Part shown: piece after piece, positions 34,975-47,880 of the stretch | Layout: every line of letters starts with the position of its first letter | Position numbering within the stretch: the first letter of the stretch is position 1 | From: Mustelus asterias | Taxonomy: Eukaryota | NCBI RefSeq assembly: GCF_964213995.1 | Contig: NW_027592528.1 | Span: 1-51,794, forward strand | DNA: 51,794 nt | Direction of reading: 5' to 3' | Program-made: the position numbers and the translations under genes | The notes under the pieces: generated by a model | Seen by the model: the letters and a program-made list of their open reading frames with translations, nothing else | Database searches by the model: none | What the model was told of the DNA's origin: nothing

Positions 34975-35569
34975 GTTGGAGGGTCACAGTTTTTTTTTTA
35001 ACTGGTCGGTGCAACATCGTGGGCCGAAGGGCCTGTTCTGCGCTGTAATGTTCTATGTTCTATGTTCCTCATCTCGGTTCTAAAGGGTCGACCCTTCAAT
35101 CTGAGGCCCTCGGATCCGAGTCTCTCCGACTGATGGAAACATCTCCGCCATGCCCACTCTATCCCGAGCCTTTCAGTATGTGTGGAGGGACCAGGACATG
35201 TTGTTGGTGATCTGAACACCTATAACCTTGAAGTCCTTTGGATCATTCACAATCTTGGATATGTAGTGCTCAGTTCCGTCCCCCCCCCCCGCCCCCCATC
35301 GAAGTTACTGACAAAGATTGTGGATGGTAAAGATAAACCACTGATCCGTATGGTGCTCCATTCGTCCTTGGCCTTCATTCCGAAATGTCACCTTTGTTAG
35401 TCTGACTTCCTGTCTGTTAACCAATCCTCAATCTAGTTAATATATATCGCCCATCCTTCCTCCAATCCCGTCAACCTTAGTCTGGTGTGACAACCTTCAT
35501 TGAATATGACCGAAAATTTTGAACACATTACACTTCGTGATGAGGTGAGAGTGACAACCCTTGACATCA

Positions 35570-36195
35570 AAGAACAGTACAGCACAGGAAACAGGCCCTT
35601 CGGCCCTCCAAGCCTGTGCCGCTCCTTGGTCCAACTAGACCAATCGTTTGTATCCCTCCATTCCCAGGCTGCTCATGTGACTATCCAGGTAAGTCTTAAA
35701 CGATGTCAGCGTGCCTGCCTCCACCACCCTACTTGGCAGCGCATTCCAGGCCCCCACCACCCTCTGTGTAAAAAACGTCCCTCTGATATCTGAGTTATAC
35801 TTCGCCCCTCTCCGCTTGAGCCCGTGACCCCTCGTGATCGTCACCTCCGACCTGGGAAAAAGCTTCCCACCGTTCACCCTATCTATCCCCTTCTTAATCT
35901 TGTACACCTCTATCAGGTCTCCCCTCATTCTCCGTCTTTCCAGGGAGAACAACCCCAGTTTACCCAATCTCTCCTCATAGCTAAGACCCTCCATACCAGG
36001 CAACATCCTGGTAAACCTTCTCTGCATTCTCTCTAACGCCTCCACGTCCTTCTGGTAGTGCGGCGACCAGAACTGGACGCAGTACTCCAAATGTGGCCTA
36101 ACCAGCGTTCTATACAGCTGCATCATCAGACTCCAGCTTTTATACTCTATACCCCATCCTATAAAGGCAAGCAGACCATATGCCTTCTTCACCAC
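35570..36195 (-). mobile_element. CR1 LINE 3' fragment (young subfamily)
   Basis: Minus-strand ORF ending GMEGYKRLV*; nearly identical to 45578-46465. Confidence 0.92.
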
Positions 36196-36239
36196 TACCC
36201 TCTGTCTCCACGGCTCTCGAATCCTACCTTTCCTATCAA

Positions 36240-36515
36240 GGCCGCATTCGACTGAGTGTTGCATCAAGGAGCCCGAGCGAAACTGGAATCAATGGGTATC
36301 AGGGGGCAAACTCTCAGCAGGTTGAAGTGATACCTGGTACATAGGAAGATGGTTGTGGTTGTGGAGAGTCAGTCATCTCAGCTCTGGGACATCTCAGCAG
36401 GAGTCCCTCAGGGTAGTGTCCCAGGCCCAACCATCTTCAGCTGCTTCATCAAAGACCTTCCCTTCATCATAAGGTCAGAAGTGGGGATGTTCGCCGATGA
36501 CTGCACAGTGTTCAA
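36240..36515 (+). mobile_element. LINE RT fragment of a different subfamily
   Basis: AGVPQGSVPGPTIFSCFI...MFADDCT. Confidence 0.8.
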
Positions 36516-36654
36516 TGGTGAGCATTCCCGGTGATCCAATCCCGGCATTTATTCCGGGCTCCAGGTATATCAGCCTCAGTGCTTGGCGACACCTTCAGCA
36601 CGCGAAGGTGGGGTGGGGGGGAAGGTTCCACATGAAAGGCTTTTGACTGGGCTT

Positions 36655-38585
36655 CATAGAATCCTTACAGCGCAGAAGGAGGCCATTCAGCCCATCAGGT
36701 CTGCACCGACTCTCCAAAAGAGCATCCGACCCAAGCCCATCCCCGTAACCCAACACATTTACTCCTCTGTTTCCCCCTAACCTGCACATCTTTGGACACT
36801 AAGGGGCAAATTAGCACGGCCAATCCATCTAACCCGCACATCTTTGGACACTAAGGGGCAATTTAGCGTGGCCAATACACCTAACCTGCACATCTTTGGT
36901 CACTAAGGGGCAATTTAGCATGGCCAATCCACCTAACCTGCACATCTTTGGTCACTGAGGGACAATTTAGCATGGCCAATCCACCTAACCTGTACAACTT
37001 TGGACATTAAGGGGCAATTTAGCACGGCCAATCCACCTAACTTGTGCGCCTTTGGACACAAAGGGGCAATTTAGCATGGCCAATCCACCTAACCTACACA
37101 TTTTTGGACACTAAGGGACAATTTAGCATGGCCAATCCACCTATCCTGCATATCTTTGGACACTAAGGGGCAATTTAGCATGGCCAATCCACTTAACCTG
37201 TACATCATTGGACATTAAGGGACAATTTAGCGTGGCCAATTCACCCAATTTACACATCTTTGGACACTAAGGGGCAATTTAGCATGGCCAGTCCACCTAT
37301 CCACTACATCTTTGGACACCAAGAGGCAATTTAACATGGCCAATCCACCTAACCTGTGCACCTTTGGACACTGAGGAACAATTTAGCATGGCAGTTCCAC
37401 CTAACCTGTATAACTTTGGACATTAAGGGGCAATTTAGCATAGCCATTCCACCTAATCTGTTCATCTTTGGAAACTAAGGGGAATTTACCATGGCCAATC
37501 CATCCAATTTACACATCTATCCACTACATCTTTGGACACTAGGGGGCAATTTAGCATGCCCAATCCACCTAACCTGCAGAACTTTAGACACTAAAGGGTG
37601 ATTTAGCATGGCAAATCCAGCTATCCTGTCCATCTTTGGACACTAAGGGACAATTTAGCATGGCCAATCCACCTAACCCGCACATCTTTGGACATTAAGG
37701 GGCAATTTAGCACGGCCAATCCACCTAACCTGCACATCTTTGGACACTAAGGGGCAATTTAGCATGGCCACTCCACCTAACCTGCACATCTTTGGACACT
37801 AAGGGACAATTTAGCATGGCCACTCCACCTAACCTGCACATCTTTGGACACTAAGGGACAATTTAGCATGGCCAATCCACCTAACCCGCACATCTTTGGA
37901 CACTAATGGGAAATTTAGCATGGCCAATCCACCTAACCTGCACATCTTTGGACACTAAGGGACAATTTAGCATGGCCAATCCACCTAACCTGTACATCTT
38001 TGGACATTACGGGGTAATTTAGCATGGCCAATCCGCCTAACCTGCACATCTTTGGACACTAATGGGAAATTTAGCATGGCCAATCCACCTAACCTGCACA
38101 TCTTTGGACACTAAGGGACAATTTAGCATGGCCAATCCACCTAACCTGCACATCTTTGGACACTAAGGGACAATTTAGCATGGCCAATCCACCTAACCTG
38201 CACATCTTTGGACACTAAGGGACAATTTAGCATGGCCACTCCACCTAACTGACACATCTTTGGACACTAAGGGGCAATTTAGCATGGCCAATCCACCGAA
38301 CCTGCACATCTTTGGACACTAAGGGACAATTTAGCATGGCCAATCCACCTAACTGACACATCTTTGGACACTAAGGGGCAATTTAGCATGGCCAATCCAC
38401 CTAACCTGCACATCTTTGGACACTAAGGGACAATTTAGCATGGCCAATCCACCTAACCTGCACATCTTTGGACACTAAGGGACAATTTAGCATGGCCACT
38501 CCACCTAACTGACACATCTTTGGACACTAAGGGGCAACTTAGCATGGCCACTCCACCTAACCTGTAGATCTTTGGACACTTTGGA
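36655..38585 (-). repeat. SINE tail plus ~35 tandem copies of the 52-bp SINE-internal repeat
   Basis: Directly visible; central copies are more diverged than the last ones. Confidence 0.93.
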
Positions 38586-41500
38586 CGCGGTCGGTGGGTT
38601 GCCTCCCAGGAGCCAGAGTCCGTGATGTCTCGAATCGTGTTTTCGAAATTCTTAAGGGGGAGGGGGACCAGCACCAAGTTGTGGTTCACATAGGCACACA
38701 AGACATAGGTAGGAAAAGGGATGGGGATGTAAGGCAGGAATTCAGGGAGTTAGGGTGGAAACTTAGGGCTCAAACAAACAAAGTTGTTATATCTGGTTTG
38801 CTACCCGTGCCACGTGATAGTGATGGGAGGAATAGGGAGAGAGAGCAGTTGAACACGTGGTTACAGGAATGGTGCAGGAGGGAGGGTTTCAGATACCTGG
38901 ACAATTGGGGCTCTTTCTGGGGTAGGTGGGACCTCTACAAACAGAATGGTCTGCACCTGAACCAGAGGAGTACCAATATCTTGGGGGAGTAATCTGCTAA
39001 TGCTCTTCGGGAGGGTTTAAACTAATTCAGCAGGGGGGTGGGTACCTGAATTGTAGCTCCAATGTACAGGAGGTTGAGAGTAGTGAGGTCATGGATGAGG
39101 TTTCAGGGTCGCAGGAGTGTACCGGCAGGCAGGAAGGTGGTTTGAAGTGTGTATACTTCAACGCCAGGAGCATCCGGAATAAGGTGGGTGAACTTGCAGC
39201 ATGGGTTGGTACCTGGGATTTCAATGTTGTGGCCATCTCGGAGACATGGATAGAGCAGGGACAGGAATGGTTGTTGCAGGTTCCGGGGTTTAGATGTTTC
39301 AGTAAGATCAGGGAAGGTGGTAAAAGAGGGGGAGGTGTGGCATTGTTAGTCAAGGACAGTATTACGGTGGCAGAAAGGACATTTGATGAGGACTCGTCTA
39401 CTGAGGTAGTATGGGCTGAGGTTAGAAACAGGAAAGGTCACTCTGTTGGGAGTTTTTTATAGACCTCCAAAAAGTTCCAGAGATGTAGAGGAAAGGATTG
39501 CAAAGATGATTCTGGATAGGAGCGAAAGTAACAGGGTAGTTGTACTGGGGGACTTTAACTTTACAAATATTGACTGGAAAAGCTATAGTTTGAGTACTTT
39601 AGAGGGGTCAGTTTTTGTCCAGTGTCTGCAGGAAGGCTTCCTGACACAGTATGTAGATAGACCAACAAGAGGCGAGGCCACATTGGATTTGGTACTGGGT
39701 AATGAACCAGGCCAGGTGTTAGATTTGGAGGTAGGTGAGCACTTTGGTGACAGTGACCACAATTCGATTACGTTTACCTTAGCAATGGAAAGGGATAGGT
39801 ATGTACCTAAGGGCAAGAGTTATAGCTGGGGAAAGGAAATTATGATGCGATTAGGCGAGATTTAGGTGGCATAGGTTGGGGAAGGAAACTGCAGGGGATG
39901 GGCACAATTGTAATGTGGAGCTTGTTCAAGGAACAGCTACTAAGCGTCCTTGATAAATATGTACCTGTCAGGCAGGGAGGAAGCAGTCGTGTGAGGGAAT
40001 CGTGGTTTACTAAAGAGGTTGAATCTCCTGTGAAGAGGAAGAAGGAGACTTATGTTAAGATGAGACGTGAAGGCTCAGTTAGGGCGCTTGAGAGTTACAA
40101 GTTAGCCAGGAAGGACCTAAAGAAAGAGTTAAGAAGAGCCAGGAGGGGACATGAGAAGTCTTTGGCAGGTAGGATCAAGGAAAACCCTAAAGCTTTCTAT
40201 AGGTATGTCAGGAGTAAAAGAATGACTAGGGCAAGATTAGGGCCAGTCAAGGACAGGAGTGGGAAGTTGTGCGTGGAGTCTGAAGAGATAGGAGAGGCAC
40301 TAAATGAATATTTTTTGTCGGTATTCACACTGGAGAGGGACAGTGTTGTTGAGGGGAGTACTGAGATGCAGGCTGTTGGACTGGACGGGATTGAGGTTCA
40401 TAAGGAGGAGGTGTTAGTAATTCTGGAAAGGGTAAAAATAGATAAGTCCCCTGGGCCGGATGGGATTTATCCTAGGATTCTCTGGGAGGCGTGAGAAGAG
40501 ATTGCAGCCTTTGGCTTTGATCTTTGTGTCGTCATTGTCTACAGGAACAGTGCCAGAAGACTGGAGGATAGCAAATGTTGCCCCTTGTTCAAGAAGGGGA
40601 GTTAGGGACAACCCTGGTAATTATAGACCGGTGAGCCTTACGTCTGTTGTGGGCAAAGTTTTGGAAAGGATGATAAGAGAGAGGATTTATAATAATCTGG
40701 AAAGGAATAATTTGATTAGGGATAGTCAGCACGGTTTTGTGAAGGGTAGGTCGTGCCTCACAAACCTTATTGAATGGGATTGAGGGTGATTTAGTGGTTT
40801 GGATCAGGAATTGGCTAGCTGTAAGAAAACAGAGGGTGGTGGTTGATGGGAAATGTTCATCCTGGAGTTCAGTTACTAGTGGTGTACCGCAAGGATCTGT
40901 TTTGGGGCCACTGCTGTTTGTCATTTTTATTAATGACCTGGATGAGGGCATGGAAGGATGGATTAGTAAATTTGCGGATGACACTGAAGTTGGTGGAGTT
41001 GTAGACAGTGCGGAGGGAAGTGGCAGGTTACAGAGGGACATAGATAAGCTGCAGAGCTGGGCAGAGAGGTGGCAAATGGAGTTTAATGCAGACAAGTGTG
41101 AGGTGATTCACTTTGGAAGAAGTAACAGGAATACAGAGTACTGGGCTAATGGTAAGATACTTGGTAGTGTGGATGAACAGAGGGATCTGGGTGTTCATGT
41201 GCATAGATCCCTGAAAGTTGGCATCCAGGTTGATAGGGTTGTTAAGAAGGCGTACGGTATGTTAGATTTTATTGGTAGAGGGATTGAGTTTCGGAGCCAG
41301 GAGGTCATGCTGCAACTGTACAAAACTCTGGTGCGGCCGCATTTGGAGTATTATGTACAGTTCTGGTCGCCGTATTATAGGAAGGATGTGGAAGTGTTGG
41401 AAAGGGTGCAGAGGAGATTTACCAGGATGTTGCCTGGTATGGTGGGAAGGTCGTATGAGGAAAGGCTGAGGGACTTGAGGTTGTTTTCGTTAGAGAGAAG

Positions 41501-41855
41501 AAGGTTAAGAGGTGACTTAATAGAGGCATACAAGATGATCAGAGGATTAGATAGGGTGGATAGTGAGAGCCTTTTTCCTCGGATGGTGATGGCTAGCACG
41601 AGGGGACATAGCTTTAAATTGAGGGGTGATAGATATAGGACAGATGTTAGAGGTAGGTTCTTTACTCAGAGAGTAGTAAGGGTGTGGAATGCCCTGCCTG
41701 CAGCAGTAGTGGACTCGTCAACATTAAGAGCATTCAAATGGTTATTGGATAAACATATGGATGATATTGGAATAGTGTAGATTAGAGGGGCTTTAGATTG
41801 GTTTCACTGGTCGGCGCAACATCGAGGGCCGAAGGGCCTCTTATGTTCTATGTTC
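38586..41855 (+). mobile_element. CR1 LINE, ORF1-ORF2 pseudogenised by frameshifts, stops and an internal deletion in RT
   Basis: Successive ORFs 38594-38992, 39091-39462, 39446-39865, 39898-40494, 40460-40783 and 40770-41780 all align to the intact copy. Confidence 0.95.
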
Positions 41856-42380
41856 TAAGGGGCAATTTAGCATACCCAATCCACCTAACCTGTCCATTTT
41901 TTACATTAAAGGGCAATTTAGCATGGCTAATTCACCCAATTTACACATCTTTGGACACTAAGGGGCAATTTAGCATGGCCAATCCACCTAACCTGCACAT
42001 CTTTGGACATTAAGGGGCAATTTAGCATGGCCAATCCACCTAACCTGCACATCTTTGGACATTAAGGGGCAATTTAGCATGGCCAATCCACCTAACCTGC
42101 ACATCTTTGGACATTAAGGGGCAATTTAGCATGGCCAATCCACCCAATTTACATATCCTGGACACTAAAGGGCAATTCAGCATGGCCAATTCACCTAACC
42201 TGCACATCTGTGGACATGAAGGGCAATTTAGCATGGCCAATCCACCTAACCTGTACAACTTTGGACATTAAGGGGCAATTTAGCACGGCCAATCCACCTA
42301 ACCTGTACAACTTTGGACATTAAGGGGCAATTTACCATGGCCAATCCCCCTATCCTGCACATCTTTGGACACTAAAGGGC
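41856..42380 (-). repeat. 52-bp repeat array, ~10 copies
   Basis: Same unit. Confidence 0.9.
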
Positions 42381-42399
42381 AAATAAAGGGTACTGCATG

Positions 42400-43872
42400 G
42401 TAGGTTGTTGCATAAAGTTAAATCTCACAGGATCCACAGTGCGGTATCTAAATGGATACAAAATTGGCTTCTTGACACGGCACGGGCGGCACGGTAGCAC
42501 AGTGGTTAGCACTGCTGCTTCACAGCTCCAGGGACCCGGGTTCGATTCCCGGCTCGGGTCACTGTCTGTGTGGAGTTTGCACATTCTCCTCGTGTCTGCG
42601 TGGGTTTCCTCCGGGTGCTCCGGTTTCCTCCCACAGTCCAAAGATGTGCGAGTTAGGTTGATTGGCCAGGTTAAAAATTGCCCTTTGTGTCCTGGGATGC
42701 GTAGGTTAGTGGGATTAGTGGGTAAATATGTAGAGATATGGGGATAGGGCCTGGGTGGGATTGTGGTTGGTGCAGACTCGATGGGCCGAATGGCCTCTTT
42801 CTGTACTGTAGGATTTCTATGATTCTATGACAGAAGTCAGAGGGTGGTTGTAGAGGGTTGTTTTTCAAACTGGAGGCCTGTGACCAGTGGTGTGCCTCAA
42901 GGATCAGTGCTGGGCCCACTGTTATTTGTCATTTATATTAATGATTTGGATGAGAATATAGGGGGTATGGTTAGTAAGTTTGCAGATGACACCAAGATTG
43001 GTGACATAGTGGACAGTGAAGAAAGTTATCTCTGATTGCAACGGGATCTTGATCAATTGGGCCAGTGGGCTGACGAATGGCAGATGGAGTTTAATTTAGA
43101 CAAATGTGAGGTGATGCATTTTGGTAGATTGAACCAGGGCAGGACTTACTCAGTTAATGGTAGGGCGTTGGGGAGAGTTACAGAACAAAGAGATCTCGGG
43201 GTACAGGTTCATAGCTCCTTGAAAGTGGAGTCACAGGTGGACAGAGTGGTGAAGAAGGCATTCGGCATGCTTGGTTTCATCGGTCAGAACATTGAATACA
43301 GGAGTTGGGACGTCTTGTTGAAGTTGTACAAGACATTGGTAAGGCCACACTTGGAATACTGTGTGCAATTCTGATCACCCTATTATAGAAAGGACATTAT
43401 TAAACTTGAAAGAGCGCAGAAAAGATTTACTAGGATGCTACCGGGACTTGATGGATTGAGTTATAAGGAGAGGCTGGATAGACTGGGACTTTTTTCTCTG
43501 GAGTGTAGGAGGCTGAGGGGTGATCTTATAGAGGTCTATAAAATAATGAGGGGCACAGATCAGCTAGATAGTCAGTATCTTTTCCCAAAGGTAGGGGAGT
43601 CTAAAACTAGAGGGCATAGGTTTAAGGTGAGAGGGGAGAGATACAAAAGTGTCCAGAGGGGCAGTTTTTTCACACAGAGGGTGGTGAGTGTCTGGAACAA
43701 GCTGCCAGAGGCAGTAGTAGAGGCGGGTACAATTTCATCGTTTAAAAAGCATTTAGATAGTTACATGGGTACGATGGGTATAGAGGGATATGGGCCAAAT
43801 GCGGGCAATTGGGATTAGTTTAGGGGTTTTAAAAAATAAGGGCCTGTTTCCATGCTGTAATCCTCTATGACT
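42400..43872 (+). mobile_element. CR1 RT and 3' fragment with an HE1-like SINE inserted (~42484-42828)
   Basis: [10 protein letters not shown]...FADD with in-frame stops; full SINE head and tail inside. Confidence 0.92.
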
Positions 43873-43874
43873 CT

Positions 43875-45570
43875 AATTTACCAGGGCCAATGCACCTAAT
43901 CTGTACATCTTTGGACACTAAGGGGCAATTTAGCATGGCCAATGCACCTAATCTGTACATCTTTGGACACTAAGGGGCAATTTAGCATGGCCAATGCACC
44001 TAATCTGTACATCTTTGGACACTAAGGGGCAATTTAGCATGACCAATCCAACTAACCTACACATCTTTGGACACTAAGGGGCAATTTAGCATGGCCAATC
44101 CACCCAACCTATGAACCTTTTGACACTAAGGGGCAATTTAGCATGGCCAATGCACCTAATCTGTACATCTTTGGACACTAAGGGGCAATTTAGCATGGCC
44201 AATGCACCTAATCTGTACATCTTTGGACACTAAGGGGCAATTTAGCATGACCAATCCAACTAACCTACACATCTTTGGACACTAAGGGGCAATTTAGCAT
44301 GGCCAATCCACCCAACCTATGAACCTTTTGACACTAAGGGGCAATTTAGCATGGCCAATCCACCTAACCTGCACATCTTTGGACACTAAGGGACAATTTA
44401 GCATGGCCAATCCACCTAACCTACAAGTTTTGGACACGAAGGGGCAATTTAGCATGGCCAATCCATCTATGATTCTATGATGTTGTGATCTAACCTACAC
44501 AACGTTGGACACTAAGGGACAATTTAGCATGGCCAGTCCCCCTAACCTACACATCTTTGGACACTAAGGGACAATTTAGCATGGCCAGTCCCCCTAACCT
44601 GCACATCTTTGGACACTCAGGGACAATTTAGCATGGCCAATCCACCTAACCTGCACATCTTTGGACACTAAGGGACAATTTAGCATGGCCAATGCACCTA
44701 ATCTGTACATCTTTGGACACTGAGGGGCAATTTAGCATGACCAATCCAACTAACCTACACATCTTTGGACACTAAGGGGCAATTTAGCATGGCCAATCCA
44801 CCCAACCTATGAACCTTTTGACACTAAGGGGCAATTTAGCATGGCCAATCCACCTAACCTGCACATCTTTGGACATTAAAGGGCAATTTAGCATGGCCAA
44901 TCCACCTAACCTGCACATCTTTGGACACTAAGGGACAATTTAGCATGGCCAATCCACCTAACCTACAAGTTTTGGACACGAAGGGGCAATTTAGCATGGC
45001 CAATCCATCTATGATTCTATGATGTTGTGATCTAACCTACACAACGTTGGACACTAAGGGACAATTTAGCATGGCCAGTCCCCCTAACCTACACATCTTT
45101 GGACACTAAGGGACAATTTAGCATGGCCAGTCCCCCTAACCTGCACATCTTTGGACACTCAGGGACAATTTAGCATGGCCAATCCACCTAACCTGCACAT
45201 CTTTGGACACTAAGGGACAATTTAGCATGGCCAATCCACCTAACCTGCACATCTTTGGACACTAAGGGGCAATTTAGCATGGCAAATCCACCTAACCTGC
45301 AGATATTTGGACACGAAGGGATAATTTAGCATGGCCAATCCACCTAACCTGCACATCTTTGGCCACTAGGGGGCAATTCAGTGCGGCTAATCCAGCTAAC
45401 CTCTACATCTTTGTACATTAAGGGGCAATTTAGCACGGCCAATCCACCCAATTTACACATCTTTGGACATTAAGGGACAATTTAGCATGGCCAATCCACC
45501 TAACCTGCACATCTTTGGACACTAAGGGGCAATTTTGCATACCCAATCCACCTAACCTGTATATTTTTTA
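43875..45570 (-). repeat. 52-bp repeat array, ~32 copies, with a ~540-bp higher-order duplication
   Basis: Variant CCATCTATGATTCTATGATGTTGTGATC occurs at ~44463 and ~45005. Confidence 0.9.
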
Positions 45571-45577
45571 CATTTTA

Positions 45578-46465
45578 CATGGCTGGAATTGCGGATAGCG
45601 AAGAGCATTGTCAGGCAATACAGCAGGATATAGATAGGCTGGAAAATTGGGCGGAGAGGTGGCAGATGGAATTTAATCCGGATAAATGCGAAGTGATGCA
45701 TTTTGGAAGAAATAATGTAGGGAGGAGTTATACAATAAATGGCAGAGTCATCAGGAGTATAGAAACACAGAGGGACCTAGGTGTGCAAGTCCACAAATCC
45801 TTGAAGGTGGCAACACAGGTGGAGAAGGTGGTGAAGAAGGCATATGGTATGCTTGCCTTTATAGGACGGGGTATAGAGTATAAAAGCTGGAGTCTGATGA
45901 TGCAGCTGTATAGAACGCTGGTTAGGCCGCATTTGGAGTACTGCGTCCAGTTCTGGTCGCCGCACTACCAGAAGGACGTGGAGGCATTGGAGAGAGTGCA
46001 GAGAAGGTTTACCAGGATGTTGCCTGGTATGGAGGGTCTTAGCTATGAGGAGAGATTGGGTAGACTGGGATTGTTCTCCTTGGAAAGACGGAGAATGAGG
46101 GGAGATCTAATAGAGGTATACAAGATTATGAAGGGTATAGATAGGGTGAACAGTGGGAAGCTTTTTCCCAGGTCGGAGGTGACGATCACGAGGGGTCACG
46201 GGCTCAAGCTGAGAGGGGCGAAGTATAACTCAGACATCAGAGGGACGTTTTTTACACAGAGGGTGGTGGGGGCCTGGAATGCGCTGCCAAGTAGGGTGGT
46301 GGAGGCAGGCACGCTGACATCGTTTAAGACTTACCTGGATAGTCACATGAGCAGCCTGGGAATGGAGGGATACAAACGATTGGTCTAGTTGGACCAAGGA
46401 GCGGCACAGGCTTGGAGGGCCGAAGGGCCTGTTTCCTGTGCTGTACTGTTCTTTGTTCTTTGTTC
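45578..46465 (+). mobile_element. CR1 LINE 3' fragment with an open ORF2 C-terminus
   Basis: ORF 45579-46388, QQDIDRLENWAERWQMEFNPDKC... Confidence 0.93.
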
Positions 46466-46606
46466 TATTAAGGGGCAATTTAGCATGGCCAATTCACCCA
46501 ATTTATACATTCTTGGACATTAAGGGGCAATTTAGCATGGCCAATCCACCTAATCTGAACATCTTTGGACACTAAGGGGCAATTTAGCATGGCCAATCCA
46601 CCTAAC

Positions 46607-47880
46607 AGAGAACAGTACAGCACAGAACAGGCCCTTCGGCCCTCGATGTTGTGCCGAGCTTTATCTGAAACCAAGATCAAGCGATCCCACTCCCTATCAT
46701 CCTGGTGTGCTCCATGTGCCTATCCAATAACCGCTTAAATGTTCCTAAAGTGTCTGACTCCACTATCCCTGCAGGCAGTCCATTCCACACCCCAACCACT
46801 CTCTGAGTAAAGAACCTACCTCGGACATCCTTCCTATATCTCCCACCACGAACCCTATAGTTATGCCCCCTTGTAATAGCTCCATCCACCTGAGGAAATA
46901 GTCTTTGAACGTTCACTCTATCTATCCCCTTCATCATTTTAAAAACCTCTGTTAAGTCTCCCCTCAGCCTCCTCCGCTCCAGAGAGAACAGCCCTGGCTC
47001 CCTCAACCTTTCCTCATAAGACCTACCCTCCAAACCAGGCAGCATCCTGGTAAATCTCCTCTGCACTCTTTCCAGCGCTTCCACATCCTTCTTATAGTGA
47101 GGTGACCAGAACTGCACACAATATTCCAAATGTGGTCTCACCAAGGTCCTGTACAGTTGCAGCATAACCCCACGGCTCTTAAACTCCAACGCCATGTTAA
47201 TAAACGCTAACACACTATAGGCCTTCTTGGCTAAGATCAAGTGTAGTATGGTCGGCAGCCCATGGTCGGCCGCACTTGGTTGAGGTCATGAGGTTACGCT
47301 GAAGCTTCATATGTTTCATATGGAGCAATTTTTTAAAGCGGCATCTCGGCCTTTTGGCTAAGATGCAAATGAGCTCAAGTCTTGGAGGAGGAACCTCCCC
47401 TTTCTCCAATCAGCTTGGCTCATGTAGATCGGGCCCAGGACAGGGTGGTTTTGGTCGCTCGCCCTGTCTTGCCAGCCTGGATCTGAAATGTCTCAACTTG
47501 TTGAGACTCTGAATTGGATTTGATTTGATTGAATTGGAAAAGTAGGCCTTCTTCACAGCTCTATCCACTTGAGTGGCAACCTTTAGAGATCTGTGGATAT
47601 GAACCCCAAGATCTCTCTGTTCCTACACAGTCTTCAGAACCCTACCTTTGACCCTGTAATCCACATTTAAATTAGTCCTACCAAAATGAATCACCTCACA
47701 TTTATCAGGGTTAAACTCCATTTGCCATTTTTCAGCCCAGCTTTACATCCTATCTATGTCTCTTTGCAGCCTACAACAGCCCTCCACCTCATCCACTACT
47801 CCACCAATCTTGGTGTCATCAGCAAATTTACTGATCCACTCTTCAGCCCCCTCCTCTAAGTCATTAATAAAAATCACAAA
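46607..47880 (-). mobile_element. CR1 LINE 3' fragment interrupted by a U2-headed insertion
   Basis: Minus-strand ORF KKAYSVLAFI...LVRPHLEYCVQFW; continues past 47543 into the FADD region. Confidence 0.92.
47229..47542 (+). mobile_element. 314-bp insertion carrying two U2 snRNA 5' fragments, with an 11-bp target-site duplication
   Basis: TTGGCTAAGATCAAGTGTAGTAT (47227-47249) equals U2 nt 17-39; TCTCGGCCTTTTGGCTAAGAT (47344-47364) equals U2 nt 7-27; TAGGCCTTCTT at 47218-47228 and 47543-47553. Confidence 0.85.

Larger units (their letters stand above)
31502..35064 (+). mobile_element. Near full-length CR1 LINE (5'-truncated in ORF1)
   Basis: Esterase ORF1, intact ORF2, 3' UTR ending (ATGTTCT)n; TTCCTC repeated at 31496-31501 and 35065-35070; host CR1 fragment (-) resumes afterwards. 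Confidence 0.95.

Noticed and set aside
47227-47364. Functional U2 snRNA gene
   Set aside because: Only 21-23 nt fragments; no Sm site or 3' stem-loops; flanked by a TSD.
47363-47370. Octamer ATGCAAAT (ATTTGCAT on the Ig strand) as a V promoter
   Set aside because: It lies inside the U2-headed insertion with no leader exon nearby.
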